Notes under the pieces: model-generated
What the model was told of the DNA's origin: nothing
Database searches by the model: none
What the model saw: only the letters and a program-made list of their open reading frames with translations
Shown here: piece after piece, positions 1 to 11,893 of the stretch
Layout of the letters: each line of letters begins with the position of its first letter
Numbering within the stretch: position 1 is the first letter of the stretch
Translations under genes and position numbers: made by a program
NCBI GenBank assembly: GCA_964016885.1
Contig: OZ024760.1
Span: 16,430,001-16,494,000, forward strand
Origin: Eledone cirrhosa
Taxonomy: Eukaryota
Reading direction: 5' to 3'
Length of the DNA: 64,000 nt

Positions 1-203
1 CTCCATTTTGTATACTTTTGACCCTTTTTTTCAGTCTAGTGGTGAGCTCCTGGAGTTCTGCTTCACCGTTTCCTAAATAGGCCGATATTACCGGCAAAGC
101 GCAGGTAGGAAATAGAGATGTTGGCCCCTTGGAATGTCCCTTGCATGATGTTCTCCATGAAGCTGTTGAAGAGCACTGGAGAGAGGAGACATCCTTGTTG
201 AAC
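1..203 (-). mobile_element. Decayed non-LTR retrotransposon (RTE-like) reverse transcriptase fragment
   Basis: Minus strand reads VQQGCLLSPVLFNSFMENIM...ISYLRFAGNIGL (the QGxxLSPxLFN motif and a degenerate LRFADD), then frameshifts into LGNGEAELQELTTRL. Runs off the window edge. Confidence 0.8.
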
Positions 204-251
204 TAAAATCATAACAAGATATTAAAAGTTATGTTTCAAACACCAGCTTAA

Positions 252-460
252 CGCTTTAGCATTTAAACCGGCTGTATCCAGCCAGAATTCTCTTACCTCT
301 TTCTGTTTAAACCGGCTCTAACTGGCCACTCATATTGTTCTCAAAATAAATAATATCAAAATCTCATAGATTCGATATTACATGAGATAATTATGTGAGG
401 TAAAGCCTTTACTGCAAAAATACAATAGTATATATATAGAGTAATGTAAATGCTAATGGG
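252..460. mobile_element. piggyBac-type non-autonomous MITE (~200 bp)
   Basis: Consensus TIR CCCTTTAGCATTT/AAATGCTAAAGGG, flanked by TTAA on both sides. About 11 copies in the window: 252, 12860, 14946, 29479, 36995, 46087, 48074, 48373 (partial), 49446, 53341, 56668. Confidence 0.8.
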
Positions 461-588
461 TTAATAACAAGAAAGTCAAGTCCCTCTAAATTCTTCACTA
501 TTTACAAACTTATTTGAAAGCCATGGTGAGGCTCTTTTGGTAGAAATATGGCACCAAATGGGTTAGAAATGCTACAATATAATTCAGG

Positions 589-628
<40 letters not shown>

Positions 629-978
629 CTCCCAAAGTATAACAATATATATAATATATATGTATATATATAACAAAATAGTAGGACCATGTGAGCTGCA
701 GATTTCAGAGCTTTATAATATTGCTTCTCAGAAACCATTATGAAGTAGAACAAATACGAATGTCAGAAATTCTTTTGTTTTTATAAATTGCTAACATGTC
801 ACCTCCATGACATAATTATTTATATATCACCATCACCATAATTATCATCATCATCATCATCATCATCATCGACATCATTTAATGTTAATGTTTCCTTGGT
901 AGCAAGGGTTGGATGGGTTGGGGTTGTTACAGACCGAATCAGTACTTAATCTGAACTATTGACCTTATAGGTGTGTGT

Positions 979-1041
<63 letters not shown>

Positions 1042-1169
1042 ATCACTATTTTATATATGTGTATATATGCACATAAATATAAATATGTGTGAGTGTGTAT
1101 GTGATCACTATTTTATATATGTGTATATATGCATATATATAAATATTGTGTATATATATGTACATATAC

Positions 1170-1226
<57 letters not shown>

Positions 1227-1761
1227 TATACATATATATATATATATATATGATAATTATTAATTTAGACACAAGGCCAGCACTTTATGGGAAGGAAAAA
1301 GTCTTATATATCGATTCCAATACTTTACTGGTACTTTATGATATATAATAACACACACACTCACACATAAAAAGGATCGATCGACTATCATCAAATCGGA
1401 CCGAGGAAACAATGTTTCCGTTGGTCTTTCCAGTTGCTAGTACTATCTATCGGTCGCAACTCCAGGTAGAAGGAGCAACGTGAAATAAAGTGTCTTGCTC
1501 AAGGACATAACGCATCGCTCGGTCCAGGAATCAAACTCACAACCTCAAGATTGTGAATTCAACTCTCTAACCACTCAGCCACACGTCTTCACTACACACA
1601 CACACACACACACACGCACATACACACATATATTACCATAACAGAAGTCTGATGAGCTTTTGATTCCAGAGACTGGCCAGATACATAGAGATCAAAACAT
1701 GCATCACACCTCTTTAAATGTAATGAAGATCTAACACTTTGTCCTTTTTATTATTATTAGG

Positions 1762-1792
<31 letters not shown>

Positions 1793-1793
<1 letters not shown>

Positions 1794-2092
1794 TTATCGT
1801 TTTCGGTGTGCCTGGCTGACTGAACTCACTCGATATGCAAATTAGGCTGCTCAGCCGTCAATATGCATAAGGAAAGTATATACTTTCAGACGTTCAACCA
1901 TCTGGCAGGAAGGTATACGATGCTGATGATAGCTAATAAGCTTGAAACTAGTACATCGTTCCTGTGTCAGTGTTGAACAAAAAGGTGACGTGGTTGCCTA
2001 AACACTGTACGGCGTAATTCGGGCTGTTTGTTTGTTTACAAACAAACAGCCCGAATTACGCCATTATAATAAATGTTCGGTAAACCGATACG
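1793..2092 (+). mobile_element. Hammerhead-bearing non-autonomous element (Penelope pLTR/retrozyme-like) in a (TA)n tract
   Basis: Contains octamer ATGCAAAT (1835-1842), a palindromic TATA-like box (1872-1887), a hammerhead (1906-1964) and a 25-bp fold-back (2011-2062). Homologous to 59565-59775 on the minus strand. Confidence 0.65.
1906..1964 (+). ncRNA. Minimal type I hammerhead ribozyme
   Basis: Stem I ACGATG/CATCGT, extended by CAGGA/TCCTG after a bulge. Core CTGATGA (1923-1929). Stem II AGCT-AATA-AGCT. GAAA (1944-1947). Palindromic mini stem III ACTAGT. GUA cleavage triplet (1951-1953). Confidence 0.8.
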
Positions 2093-2691
2093 TGCATGTA
2101 TATATGTGTGCATGCATGTATATATATATACATACTACTGTACGTCTGTATACATATATGTATGTACGTATACATACATACATACATACTTATATATATA
2201 TAATTATATATATTTATGTATATATTTATAAAATATGTTAGATGTACTATTGTTGGTATAAGTGGAAATGTGAGAAGACATGAGAGAGAAAGAGAGAGAG
2301 AGAAAGAGGGGGAGATAGCAACTAAAATACTGAGTGGCAGACTGCAGGTTTTGAACACCTAAATATTTGAAGCTTTAGCACTCTATTATGCTCTATTATG
2401 CTATTATGTGAGGACAATTGCTTTACACAGACACACACACTCTCTCTCTCTCATACACACAGATTTGCAGGCCTTCATAGTACAAAATATAAGGTCTGCT
2501 ACATTATTCATAGAAGGAGGTTGTGTGTATACAATTTAGCAATTTAGAATGGGTACACTGTGGCGTGAGATGTGACCAAAAGGGTTGGTGTCAGGAAGGA
2601 GACTCATCTATAAAACTACATGTATCCAGTTTAGAATAGGTACATTGTAACCCTACATGTCATATGAAACAACCAAAAGGGTTGGTGTCTA

Positions 2692-3435
2692 CCCTTACCG
2701 ATGGTCATGAATCTAGGGTAATAACTGAAAGAATACAATCGCAAATACTAGCAGCCGGCCGAAATGGGTTTTCTCTGAAGGGTCTTTGGAGCAAAGTTCA
2801 TCGATAGGGTGTATAGCTCATAAATCAGAGAGTTGTTCCTGGTAGAGCTGCTACTTCACCAAATCGAGAGATCACAGCTCCAATACTATAGACATGTGGT
2901 TAGAATGTCTCAGGAAAGAATCACTGGACAGATTTTGTAGCTCAGAGATGAAGGAGGTGTTCCAGGTAGAGCTGCTACTTCTCTGAATCAAGAGATCACA
3001 GTTCCAATAAAACGTATATGTGGTTAGAATGTCTCAGGAAAGAATCACTGGACAGATTTTATGGGGCAAAGCCAACCGGCAGGAGATTCAGGGCTAGACC
3101 TCGAGCAAGATAGTTGGATAAACTCCATGAGCTTGGCTGCTCTCGCTTGGGGATCCAGTCAGATCAGTTGGAGATGGTTGCTTATGACAAGACCCACTGG
3201 AAGGAATGTTTGAGGACTCTGCCCCCACGACACCTCTCAGGTCTAAATGAGCATGGGTTTAGAACGCCTAAGGAAAGAATCGCTGGACAGATTTTGTGTG
3301 GCAAAGCCGCCAACCAGCCGGAGACCCAGGGGTAGACCCTCGAGTAAGATGGTTGGATAACATCCATAAGCTCAGTTAGTCTTGCTTGGGGATCAAGCTG
3401 GATCAAGTGGGAAATGGTTGCTTCTGACAAGACAC
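2692..3435 (+). mobile_element. RTE-clade LINE 3' fragment with internal tandem duplications
   Basis: Degenerate C-terminal RT peptides ([49 protein letters not shown]), reconstructed across this and three other copies. Confidence 0.75.
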
Positions 3436-3621
3436 TGATATAGAAAAAAGTTTGATAGTGTAAGGGGTGTCAACAGTCTGCACTAATTGATGAAAGTGTT
3501 ATGTAATTATGCAAATATATCAATTAATATGTTAAAGACAAGAGACATTTAAATAGGAGGAGTAAGAGGATATGTAGTGAGGGAGAGGGAGAGGAGGCTA
3601 ATCAATTAATCCAGCCAGATT

Positions 3622-4132
3622 ATATATAGATACACACACATAAATATATATATACATACACATATACACATATATATACATACACATATATATACATACA
3701 CATATAAATATATATACACATACACATATAAATATACATACACATACACATATATATATACATACACATATACACACATATATATATATACACATATACA
3801 CATATATATATATACACATACATACATATATATATACACATACATATATATATATATATACATACATATATATATATATATATACATACATACATATATA
3901 TATATATACATACATACATACACATACATATATACACATACACACATATACATATATATATACACACATATACATATATATATACACACATATACATATA
4001 TATATACACACATATACAAATACACATACATATATATACATACATATATACACATACAAATACATATATACACATACACACATATACAAATACATATATA
4101 TATATACACACATACCTACACATATACACACA
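3622..4132. repeat. (CA)/(TA) compound microsatellite
   Basis: Direct inspection. Explains ORFs 3598-4162. Confidence 0.95.
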
Positions 4133-4635
4133 TAACCTTGGATACATATTAAGGTGTATCACAAGGAATATAGTAGTTTTTGCTTCTGATATGAACCAGT
4201 TTAAAGTTATTACACATCCAACGACAGGAAAAAAGAAATCCAGTGGGCCAGTCCATTTTGTAATACTGGCCTAGCTTATATATTTATTTAGGTGATGACA
4301 GGACTGGCAAGGTTGATGGGGGTGTAGTGATGGATGGGTGTGAAGCTGAGTCTGAGGCAGGAGCTATCTTTAAAAAACATCCAAGAACTCCTTCACCCAC
4401 AACCCTGACTCCCCCTTACCAGACACAAACCTCACAAGAGGGAGGCCTGCCACCCCTCACACACCCCAACACAGGTGTGATTTATATCAAGAACCTTCCA
4501 GGTGGCGTTTGTCAGCTAAACTGCTGATAATATGGCTGAGGAGAAGCTGGGATGGGGACAGACTGTTGGAGGAACACAACTCACCCCCCCCCCCCTTTTT
4601 TTGTGCTTAAGTGAGACCAAGTTTAGGACTTTAAG

Positions 4636-6010
4636 ACACCCACAGCCACCACTACCACCACAGCCACCACTACCACCACAGCCACCACTACCACCATTAC
4701 CACCACAGCCACCACTACCACCATTACCACCACAGCCACCACTACCACCACAGCCACCACTACCACCATTACCGCCACAGCCACCACTACCACCACAGCC
4801 ACCACTACCACCACAGCCACCACTACCACCACAGCCACCACCGCCACCACTACCACCACTACCACCATTACCGCCACAGCCACCACTACCACTACAGCCA
4901 ACAACTACAACAGAGACACCTTGGAGCATAACTCTCTGATGAAGTGGGGTGGGGAAGTGGAATGGAGTATTGTGGGGTGTACTGGAGGGTAAGTTGGTGG
5001 GATTGAGTGTAGTGCGATGGAGTGTGGTGTTGTATGATGGTGTGTGGTGCAGAGTGGTGGGATGGTGTGTGGTGCAGAGTGGTGGGATGGTGTGTGGTGC
5101 AGTGGGATGGTGTGTGGTGTAGTGAGATGGAGTGTAGTGGGGTGGAGTGAAGTGGAGTGGAGTGTGGGTGGGATGGCATGGAGTGCAGCGTGGTGGGATG
5201 GTGTGTGGTGTTGTGGTGTGGGATCGAGTGTGGTGTGGTATAGTGTGATGGCATGTAGTGTAGTGTGGTGTGGTGGAGCATAGTGAGAGCAAGATGGTGG
5301 GATGGAATGAGGTGGAGTGCAGTTGGATATAGTACAGTGTGGAATGGGGTGGTGTGGGATGTAGTGTGGCGGAGTGTGACATATAGTGCAGTGTTGTGTG
5401 TGGAGTGGAGTGCAGTTGGATGTAATGGAGTGGGACATATAGTGCAGTGTGATGGAGTGTAGTGGTGTGGTGTGGGAAGTAGTAGAACGTATAGTGCAGT
5501 GGTGTGGGAAGTAGTAGAACGTATAGTGCAGTGTGGTGTAGTGGTGTGGGAAGTAGTAGAACGTATAGTGCAGTGTGGTGTAGTGGTGTGGTGTGGGAAG
5601 TAGTAGAACGTATAGTGCAGTGTGGTGTAGTGGTGTTGTGTGGTAAGTAGTAGGACGTATAGTGCAGTGTGGTGTGGTGTAGTGTAGTGTAGTAGTGTGA
5701 TGTAGTGTGGTGTAGTGGAGTGTTGTGTGATGTAGTGTAGTGCAGTGTGATGTAGTGTAGTGTGGTGTAGTGTAGTGCAGTGTGGTGTGGTGTAGTAGTG
5801 TGTGATGTAGTGTGGTGGAGTGTAGTGGAGTGTAGTGTGGTGTAGTGCAGTGTGGTGTAGTGTAGTGGAGTGTGGTGTGGTGTGGGAAGTAGTAGGACGT
5901 ATAGTGTAGTGTAGTAGTGTGTGATGTAGTGTGGTGGAGTGTAGTGTGGTGTAGCGTAGTGCAGTGTGGTGTGGGAAGTAGGACGTATAGTGTAGTGTAG
6001 TGGTGTGATG
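4636..6010. repeat. (CCA)-rich repeat (4636-4910) followed by (GTGTA/GTGTG)n repeat (4945-6010)
   Basis: Direct inspection. Low complexity with opposite strand skews. Confidence 0.9.
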
Positions 6011-7094
6011 GGGTTAAACATTTACAACAACCCCAATATGAGAGTCAGTTAGTTAGACCTACTAGAAATAACAGCGAAAACTCCTTTTAAAAAATATCAA
6101 TCCTTATCGTCTTATATAAGGGATGCCATCAGATAAAGTAGTTCTACACACAGAATACGGGATGGTCACGACTGGAATACCTCCACCACAGTTGATCTCG
6201 TCTCTATGAACAACAAAATCAAATACAGCAGGAAAAAAACAACAACAACAACAAAAAAATCGTAGATTCTCTCCGTTTCTCTGAAATGTAGAGAAAAATC
6301 TGGAAATTTCGATGTGAAAATAACTGCAAGTCAGAGAAATCGTACACCACCACCACCACCACCACTACCACCACCATCACTATCATTGCCAACAGCACCA
6401 CCACCACCACCACCATTGCCAATAGCAGCACCAGCATCATCATCATCAACAACACCACCATCGCCATTGCCAACAGCATCACTGCCACCACCACCACCAT
6501 CGCCAATAACAGCACTAGCATCACCACCAACACCATCAACAACAGTACCATCATCACCATCATCAACAACACAAACACCTACTTATATAGTTAGGGTGTT
6601 GCTGGTAATGGCTGTTGTGATGATGGTGGTTTGCCTGTTTAAAAATTTATTCATTCATATATTGTGGATTAACTTTGATATCTGCAATCTCTCTCTCTCT
6701 CTGTCTCTGTCTACGTGTGTGTGTGTGTGTCTGTGTTTATGTGCGTGTTTACAAGTCTCTCTCTTTGTACATGTGTGTGTTTACAAGTCTCTCTCTCTAA
6801 GTGTGTGTGTATGTGTGTGCCTACAAGTCTCTCTCTCTGTACATGTGTGCCTGTGTGTGTTTGTGTATGTGTGTAGGTGTGTGTGTGTGTGTGTGTGTAG
6901 GTGTGTGTGTGTGTATGTGTGTAGGTGTGTGTCTATCTGCGAGTCTTTCTCTGTCAATCACGTCGTTCTTTTTATAGAATCCTTGATAAGCTATAAAGTC
7001 CATTGTAAAATAAGGTTGTATCCGATGGCAACGGGAAAGTATATACATACATACATCCATATATATTATATATATATATATACACATACATACA

Positions 7095-7130
<36 letters not shown>

Positions 7131-7140
7131 TATACATATA

Positions 7141-7217
7141 CCGGGTGTCCCAAAAATGTATACACACTTCAACAGTATTCTAATAATCAAAGTATGTATA
7201 TAGTTTTTTGGGACACC

Positions 7218-7220
<3 letters not shown>
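7141..7220. mobile_element. Tc1/mariner-type mini-MITE
   Basis: TIRs C(C/A)GGGTGTCCCAAAAA/TTTTTGGGACACCCTG flanked by TA. Related copies at 7508-7609 and 20745-20809. Confidence 0.7.
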
Positions 7221-7272
<52 letters not shown>

Positions 7273-7363
7273 AGAGAGAGAGAGAGGATAAAGCGAGGGA
7301 GGAATTGGCGATATATAATAGAGTGAAGGAGAGGAGGTGATAAGATAGAATATACACACACAC

Positions 7364-7454
<91 letters not shown>

Positions 7455-8449
7455 CAAAGGAATTAGAAATCATGTATTCTCGACAAAAACAATATATATA
7501 AATATACACAAGATGTCCCCCCAAAATGTATACACACTTTGATTACCTGTACAGGCAATATGTATTAGAACGTTCTTGAAATGTGTATACATTTTTGGGG
7601 GACACCCTGTATATGTGTACTTTAAAAACACCCACCGCCTCAGGACTCTGATGTAGAAGTTTCAGCGATAAATAGTAAACATTGGCAACACGATAGATGG
7701 AGAGATCGATAGATAGAGAGATCGATAGATAAGAGAGTTAGATAAGCAGAGAGATGTGTGTGGAGAGTCAACGATATGGGAGGAACGCCGGCTGGTTGTA
7801 TACGGTGCTCACCGAACACGGCTACTAATACATACATACATACATATATACATGCATGCATACAAACATACATACATACATACATACAGACAGACAAATA
7901 CACACAACTACACCAATCTCCATGTAACCACCACCTCTAACACCGCTATCGTCCTCACTCTCACACACCACTCTCTCTCTCTCTATCTTCACACACACAC
8001 ACACACACACACTACTTTGTATTATCACTGCTGCTGCCATTGTTGTTGTTGTTTTTGTTCACAGTGTGGTTCCTTCTGGATGGAGTCTAATAGCCAAATA
8101 TAGTAAGCAGCCTCTCTGTTACTTGCTAAACAGAAACGATAAGATGTCTGTGATGTATGCAGTCTCAGAGCTGTATTCACTGCTGCTGCTGTTGTTGTTG
8201 TTATGCTAGACCACTCACTGTACCTAGCACTACTGAGGGTACTCTACGGTCCCAAATAATGATTTCTAGTGTAGGCTCAAGGCCAGTAATTTGGGGGGGG
8301 GGGGAGTCGATTAAATCGAAATCAGTACGTTACTGGTGCTTTATTTTATCGACCCCCGTAAGGATGAAAGGCAAAGTTAACCTCCGCGGGATTTGAACTC
8401 AGACCGTAAAGGGCCATAACTCTGTGCTGAAAAGTATGGTGCCTGACGC

Positions 8450-8801
8450 TCTTAGGGTCTCAAATAATAGGGGGAGTGTAATAATCAGGGGGTTGGAAAA
8501 GTGGTAATTTTTCTAGGTTGTCTCTTGATATTTTTTTAAAAACCAGAATTAGTCGTTTAGTTTACATATTGAGCTCCCTCCCCCCACAACCCATCCTATT
8601 TATTTTATAACGTATAGGATTTCTAGTAATGTACTTTATTTTTTGTCATGTATAATGTTTTTTAAATGTATAAGAAAATTAAATGTCGCAGGAATGCTGC
8701 CACTTAAAATAAAATTTTGCCATAAATTAAAATAAGCGGGGGCGGAGGTGATCTGAAAAATGAATAAACAGGGCGAGGGTTGATTATTTGAGACCTGAGA
8801 G
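8450..8801. mobile_element. ~350-bp TIR element (MITE)
   Basis: TIR GGTCTCAAATAAT/ATTATTTGAGACC. Related copies at 54674-54998 (inverted), 38204-38375, 26360-26600 and 35563-35610. Confidence 0.65.
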
Positions 8802-8940
8802 TAGCTATAATAGAGGTAAACATGGACTGTATACCTAACTTAGTGGAACACAGATGACACCACTACACTTATTGGCTATATACACACTGTAATCTGTGTA
8901 CATGTGTCTATAGAGGATATATATATATATATATATACAA

Positions 8941-9221
8941 CATCCAGGCCGAAACAAATGAGATCGTGTAGGTGTCACGACAAAAAAACACACAGTCCAC
9001 GCTGTAAATGTGGCCGTGTAGGCAACACGGTAAAAACCTCCCAGCCCCACACTGTAAATGTGGTTGGTGTTAGGAAGGGCATCCAGCCGTAGAAAACCTG
9101 CCAGACAGTCCTATGCGAGCAAGACAACCACTCTTGCCTCAAGTGGGAAAACCCCCGTCCAAACCCATGCAAGCGTGGAACACGGACGTTAAACGTTGAT
9201 GATGATGATGATGATGATGAT
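8941..9221 (+). mobile_element. SINE/LINE-tail element ending in (GAT)n
   Basis: Near-identical to 46377-46652. Shares the GTTGGTGTTAGGAAGGGCATCC...GGACGTTAAA(TGA)n tail with SINE family B. Confidence 0.7.
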
Positions 9222-10789
9222 ATATATATAAGTTTAGCCCAGGTTCAATCAGGGGTAACCACAGTAAGTAAGGTACTCAATACAAAGCCGAGTATGTAGA
9301 GGGTCGGACGCCATGCTTTCCAGCATAGTTACGTCCCTTTACGATCTGAGTTCAAATGCCGCCAAGGTTGACTTTGCCTTTCATCCTTACGGGGTCCATA
9401 AAATAAAGTACCAGTAATGAACTGGGTAATTGCTGGCCTTATGCCTAAAAGTAGAAACAAAAATATTTAATATAGAAAGGCTTCTACAAGGCTAGAACTG
9501 TTTCATTCGGGAGAAATCAACAGGAAGCCTGATGATTTCTCCCGAATGAAACAGTTCTAGTCCTGTAGAAGCCTTTCTATATTAAATATATATATATATG
9601 TATGTATGTATACATATACATACATGGGTTGGACGGGTCCTTCTCAGTACACCATCTCTCCACTTGTCGCATTCCTTTGTCATCTTCTCTGTGAGCTTTA
9701 GCGATATATGAATATATTATTATTTTGGCAGTACTGGCAGAGGGTCGGACATGCTTTCCAGCGTAGTTACGTCCCTTTACGATCTGAGTTCAAATCCCGC
9801 CGAGGTTAACTTTGCCTTTCATCCTTACAGGGTTGATAAAATAAAGTAGCAGTAATGTACAGGAGTTGATTTAATGGACTTTCACTCCATCCAAAATTGT
9901 TGGCTTTGTGCCTAAATCAGAAACCATTATCATAAGATTAATAATATATTTCCTTGAGCAAGACACTTTTTTCACATTGCTCTAGTTAACTCAGCTGTAG
10001 AAATGAGATGATAGGGACTGGGGTCCCTATCATTCCACTGCAAAGTGGTCGTGGAGGTGCCACGGCAAAAAAAAGCACCCAGCACTCACTGTAAAATGAG
10101 GTTGGTGTTAGGAAGGGCATCCAGCTGTAGAAATCAAGCCAGAATCAGTTCCCGTCCCACCCTTGCAAGCAGGGAAACAGCGGACGTAAAATGATGATGA
10201 TGATGATGATATAAGGATGCTGGATTGTTAAAGTTGAACCATTTTCATAGTAAAATGGAAAATTAATCCTCAAAGGACACATCTTGCCACAGAAACAGGT
10301 TTAAGCTTGACCACTGGGCATCGTATTTTATAATAATTGTTTCTACTTTTGGCACAAGGCCAGCAATTACCCCAGTAAGGATGAAAGGCAAAATTAACCT
10401 CGGCGGGATTTGAACTCAGATCATAAAGAGAGGTAACTCTACAAAGCATGGCGTCCGACGCTTTACCGATACTGCCAAATAATAATATCTACACTAGACT
10501 CTTCTGAAGGCTATCTCTCACTAAAGTCTGTCTGAAGCCAGGAGTCTCGTCAGGCAGGTCTTTATCCCAGTTTTGTAGTGTGAAGCGACAGAGAGTACAA
10601 GACACCCCCCCTGGACAGGACGCCAGTTCATCGCTGGGATAAGGTGAGTCTCAAGCCAGAAGGCTCATTTGGCTAGTACTTATCTCAGTTTCATGGCATG
10701 AAGTGACTGAGAGTACAAGACTTTCCCCGGGACTGGATGCCAGTCCAACGCTTGGTTAAACCCCCGGCTAGAGCTGGTACTCATTTTCA

Positions 10790-11648
10790 GCTAAGTATAC
10801 TGGAGCAATGTGGAATGAAGTGTTTTGCTCAAGAACATAACATGCAACACAGCCCAGGAATCGAACCCATGTCATTATGATCTTAAGTCCAACACCCTTA
10901 CCACTAGGCCACAGACCTCCACTGAGTATACTGGAGCAATGTGAAATGAAGTGTTTTGCTCAAGAACATAACATGCAACACAGCCCAGGAATCGAACCCA
11001 TGTCATTATGATCTTAAGTCCAACACCCTTACCACTAGGCCACAGACCTCCACTGAGTATACTGGAGCAATGTGAAATGAAGTGTTTTGCTCAAGAACAT
11101 AACATGCAACACAGCCCAGGAATCGAACCCATGTCATTATGATCTTAAGTCCAACACCCTTACCACTAGGCCACAGACCTCCACTGAGTATACTGGAGCA
11201 ATGTGAAATGAAGTGTTTTGCTCAAGAACATAACATGCAACACAGCCCAGGAATCGAACCCATGTCATTATGATCTTAAGTCCAACACCCTTACCACTAG
11301 GCCACAGACCTCCACTGAGTATACTGGAGCAATGTGAAATGAAGTGTTTTGCTCAAGAAAACAACACACATCCCAGCCCAGGAATCGAACCCATGTCATT
11401 ATGATCTTGAAGGGCGGTGGATTGGCAGTATCGGTAGAGGGTCGGACGCCATGCTTTGGCGCATCGAGTTACGGTCCTTGCCATTCTGAGTTCAAATCCC
11501 GCCGAGGTTAACTTTGCCTTTCATCCTTACGGGGTCGATAAAATAAGGTACCAGTAATGCACTGGGTAATTGCTGGCCTTGTGCCTAAAGTAGAAACAAT
11601 TATAATCTTAAATCCAACACCCTTACCACTTAGCCATGTGCCTCCACT
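10790..11648 (-). repeat. Tandem array of ~5 x 131-bp SINE 5' heads; last unit interrupted by a SINE
   Basis: Period 131 bp (unit starts 10921, 11052, 11183, 11314). Each unit has A-box TGGCCTAGTGG and B-box GGTTCGATTCC on the minus strand. Confidence 0.85.
11409..11599 (+). mobile_element. tRNA-derived SINE family A, full-length, with target-site duplication
   Basis: Head GGATTGGCAGTATCGGTAG, B-box GAGTTCAAATCC, body ACTTTGCCTTTCATCCTTACGGGGTCGATAAAATAA. TSD TTATGATCTT/TTATAATCTT. More than 15 copies or fragments (e.g. 8260, 9296, 9725, 10333, 16725, 29903-30470 x3, 37690, 43538, 58122). Confidence 0.85.
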
Positions 11649-11869
11649 GTATCGAATACAAAATTGAAATAATGGTTTCTCTTGTCTAGTAACATCTTAT
11701 CTCTATATATACACACACATATACACCAATGTATTACACACACAGCGTGGGTGGAAAGATGAATTAAATTGCAATGTTGCTTCTCATAGAACTTACTCTC
11801 TGCCCACACATACATTCATTGGCATCTCCTCAATCTTTCTATTTCTTCTTTAATTTCTCATTCTTTCTT

Positions 11870-11893
11870 CTGATGAAGGACTAGCGTCCGAAA
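11870..11893 (+). ncRNA. Truncated hammerhead core (CTGATGA-A-GGAC-TAGC-GTCC-GAAA)
   Basis: Core and 4-bp stem II are intact; stem III and the 3' strand of stem I are lost here. The sister copy at 57170-57272 (-) supplies GAAACGTT-AAGA (palindrome AACGTT), which would pair with the TCTT just before the core. Confidence 0.55.

Noticed and set aside
195-215. Splice acceptor in front of the RT fragment (exonisation into BAG3)
   Set aside because: The phase does not match the WW exon donor, and the RT frame is broken by a frameshift and stop.
1645-1700. CTGATGAG as another hammerhead
   Set aside because: No correctly placed GAAA and no stem I complement.
4516-6021. 501-aa His/Thr/Gly-rich ORF
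   Set aside because: It translates simple repeats and has no credible start or domain.
6314-7183. 289-aa Pro/Ser-rich ORF
   Set aside because: (CCA)n plus (TG)n microsatellite translation with a GTG start.
10860-10920. tRNA genes in A/B-box-containing segments
   Set aside because: No full cloverleaf. They continue into SINE bodies, so they are SINE heads.
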